Positions 60,991 to 64,000 of a DNA stretch of 64,000 bases are shown here, in pieces. This DNA comes from Phoronis australis. Its lineage: Eukaryota > Animalia > Phoronida. Location of the stretch: the NCBI GenBank assembly GCA_002633005.1, contig NMRA01000115.1, forward strand, positions 432,104-496,103, written 5' to 3'. The position numbers and the translations under genes are program-made. Positions within the stretch are counted from its first letter, which is position 1, and every line of letters begins with the position of its first letter. Under the pieces are notes generated by a model. That model saw only the letters and a list, made by a program, of their open reading frames with translations, did no database searches and was not told the DNA's origin.

Positions 60991-61743
60991 GTCTGATGCA
61001 ACGCAAATGACATCAGGCCACCTGCACTGTTTTTTTATAAAAATTCCGACTAAATCTGCAAACAGTGAATTGGCATGTATTTACTTACCACTGACACGTG
61101 ACCAGAGGTTTGTTAAATCGTTTGTTCTGTACTGTATTTATCACTTCTTGAAAAAATCATTATCATGCAATTTGACATCTCTTGTAGTGCGTATTTATTT
61201 GACTTGCTCATTTTTTTTTGTTTTGTGTTTCACAGTGAAACGGTAATTACTGAAAAGCCCCCACTTTGGCAACACTTGCCCTGCTAATGGAACAATGATC
61301 GATTTCATTGATATCTTAAAGTGTTGTTTCGAGTACTCTTTCACATCTTAATTAAATCTGTGTAATCACCTTTTTTCAATACTAGAGTTTGTAAATTTAT
61401 TATGGAAAACACGGTTTATGCGTGAAATGTTTCTGATTATAATTTTACTCACAGTTCTGGAAGTCACTAGATGGCGCTTGCTATGAATTTTCCATATTCA
61501 AGGCTCTAATGAGACATTATGTCTTTAAAAATATTTTGTGTGCAACTAGTTATTCATCTTTTACGATTTGTTTTATAGGTTACCATTCATTACTCAGGCA
61601 TTGATATGGCATGAAAAAATTCTACAGGAACACAGTTACTGAGACACAGCATGCTGTCAACATATGATTTTCTGTTTGTATTCCGTGTTTACACGACTGA
61701 ATATTGTTCGTCACTACCCATTGATTGCGCGGCAGTGTTTCGT

Positions 61744-62131
61744 CCAAGGTAGCAGACGAGGCGCGCTGGTTTTTGAAAACTCTAAGGTCGGTTCGACGTT
61801 GGTAAACAGTCGCCTCCAAGTTGGTGCAAGGTTGGCAAACAGTGGCTTGCAGGTTGGCGCGACGTCGATAAGTGGTCGGAATTGAATTGGCACAACGTCG
61901 GTAACGGGTCATTTTTTTGACGTCAGCCCTAGGTCTCACCGTCGTCGGTTATCAGTTGTTATTGCCCTGTGTCGGACCAATGTCGGTTCATTCGTTGGCC
62001 CGAAAGCGAGGTCGTGACGACGCTCAACCGATGGACGAAATAACGTTGGCCCGACGTCAGTAACCGTTGTCGGCCCGAATGTAATGTGAGTCGTCGGCCA
62101 GCGTCGGTCCACTGTCAGCATGCTATCTGAG
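61744..62131. mobile_element. EnSpm/CACTA-like non-autonomous element
   Basis: CCAAGGTAGCA / TGCTATCTGAG ends with many internal CGACGT/GTCGG subrepeats. Confidence 0.55.
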
Positions 62132-62134
62132 GGG

Positions 62135-63806
62135 TAGACACCGGCCCTCGGCCGCGCAGTCGTTTTCGCCAGCAGCTTGGCCTGACCTGCCTGACTGGCA
62201 GGCCTTGGCCCTCGAGCGCCGGCTGGTGGCTATCTTTTCCACTCGCAGAAATTCGTTTCTCGCCGCCGTTAGTCTTTCGGGATTCAAACATCGGCCACGT
62301 GCGTGGACGGGCGGTCCATGGGTCAAGATATGGTAGTCAACACCATTTTTATTGACTGTGGAATCGAAACACGGGGTAAACTAAGAGGTCCGAAAACTGC
62401 CGTAAGCATGAAGTGAGAGACCTTCAAGGATTGACGAGATCGTTTTGTCCCGTAGAAAAATAGATGGATTGTGAACAACAACAGGCGCTTGCCTTTATAG
62501 TCAGTGACAAGGCGGTGGGCAATGAAAAATCAGCACCTAGGATAGGGCAGGTGAAGTCGCCAAGATAAAATTGGTGAGCGTACTGCTGCTTAGGACTGAG
62601 CTCCACCGCGAGAGTGCGAGTGGCCCATTTGTTTATGGAACTTCCGTTAGCCGCTACCACGTTTAACGGCTGCCTATAGCGTTTCCCTGGTTGGTTGTCT
62701 TAGGCAGCAGCAATGTCCCAAACTTGCAGCCAGGCTGGCAGCAACGAGCCTCAGGTCCAAATTTCATGCGGTAGAAGCATAGGCCTAAGGTGGAAGAATC
62801 TGTAGGTGAGCTGGCGTCATCATACTGAATACGGGAACGACGTCGTAAGCGCCTGTCGGCCGAAATCGTGTTTACCAAAACAAACGTGGACATGTCGTGG
62901 TCATGGAAAATCCAGAAAGTGTAGCTTGACCGTCAGCATGCATGGAGACCTGGGCCCAGTTACATAAAAGTTAATAATGCGTCGTATAGCAACAATGACG
63001 ATTGTTGAACAATGCACCTGACGTCATGCAACCAAAAAATTAAACTTATTCAGCGGATAACGTTTGAAGCTTTATGCAACTCAGCCCTGTTGTACCCCGG
63101 CAGTACGCGCCTCCCAGATGCAGTCCTCTCTCTCAGCAAGGTCGTCCTGTCAGCAATGTTTGATAGTGCGAACGTTAGCAGGTAGGTTCATAAGAGAAAA
63201 ATACTCGTTTTAAAGTCTGGGGGTCGTCGTTAAGGGTGTTGATCTGTCGCATGAGAGCAGTAGGACGTATGTCACCAAGGCCATTGAAGTTCAGAATGTT
63301 ACCGCCGAGCCTGGGATTTTTTAAAAAGTTTTAATGAGAGCGGTCTATAACGCGCCATACTTCTTAGTGAATGGTGGGTTGACGAGAAAAGCCTTCTACA
63401 GCTGCGTTAACATCAAGGGCACTAACCTCATAATCGTACTTGGTTTGGTCCTGTAAAACCCCTTTGGTCCCAAACTGAGTCTCGACCTTGGCGAACCAAA
63501 CTTCGAGCGATTTTTGCAAAAATCCGGTAACTTGATTGACACCGCCGCGTGCACCTAAGTGGTTTACATAATACAATGCCATTACGAGTGTTTGAAGTGT
63601 TGAGACCAGGTCAGTCACAAGCTTTGTGTCACTAGATTGTCCGTCCTCCATTTTACCAGTATTCATTGTTCGAGGTCATTAATGCAGTGTTCAGAACATG
63701 GGCATACTGTATTAGGTCAGACGACAGAAACTCGATTAACTGAAAACGAGACAAATTACAGTGGCTTAACTAATCGCGAAACTGATGCAGTAGGTGTGGC
63801 ACTACA
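62135..63806 (-). mobile_element. Decayed Gypsy/Ty3 (CsRn1-like) LTR retrotransposon: gag, protease and pre-RT remnants
   Basis: VWFAKVETQF...TKYDY.VSALD (gag); CFYRMKFGPEARCCQPGC; AANGSSI...PILGADF (protease); GPPVHAR...L..AR.EF. Possible degenerate PBS near 63671-63682 and a short TG...CA segment at 63683-63806. Confidence 0.75.
62953..63086. mobile_element. PIF/Harbinger-like MITE inside the Gypsy gag remnant
   Basis: GGCCCAGTTACATAAA / TTTATGCAACTCAGCC; CTG on both sides. Confidence 0.75.
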
Positions 63807-64000
63807 ATATCGTCTGCTACATGTACGTGTGAATGACAAACCACCACCGAAGAATATGATTGAAATTACGCTTAGAGGACGAGCTTGCTTGCAGCGAGGC
63901 CAATGTCCAAGTTTATGGTAAGATATTGAGCCTATAATAACCTTTTAGCGGACGCATGCCTGTAGACATGGTAGACTTCGCAGTGAGGGTCTGTGACACC

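Overview
AT-rich animal genomic DNA (an invertebrate, plausibly a lophotrochozoan; the taxon is inferred from repeat and gene types only) with two assembly gaps. Only one convincing host gene is present: a single-coding-exon class B / Methuselah-like 7TM receptor with a Cys-rich ectodomain (48721-51333, +). There is one apparently intact full-length L1/Tx1-group LINE (about 20489-26474, -). Almost everything else is decayed transposon material: Kolobok-like elements (one with a P2X7-ballast/KolX-like remnant), an Academ-like element containing a Sola3-like element containing a Kolobok-like element, ISL2EU/Harbinger/hAT/EnSpm-like MITEs, CR1-like and Gypsy remnants, Helentron-like repeats and mini/microsatellites. 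The most unusual observation is a small CAT...ATG module with imperfect TIRs, a conserved hairpin and 1-bp target duplications. It sits at two different sites, in opposite relative orientations, inside two copies of the same Kolobok-like host, and each copy shows the clean empty site for the other. All family assignments are by-eye motif recognition; no database searches were run.
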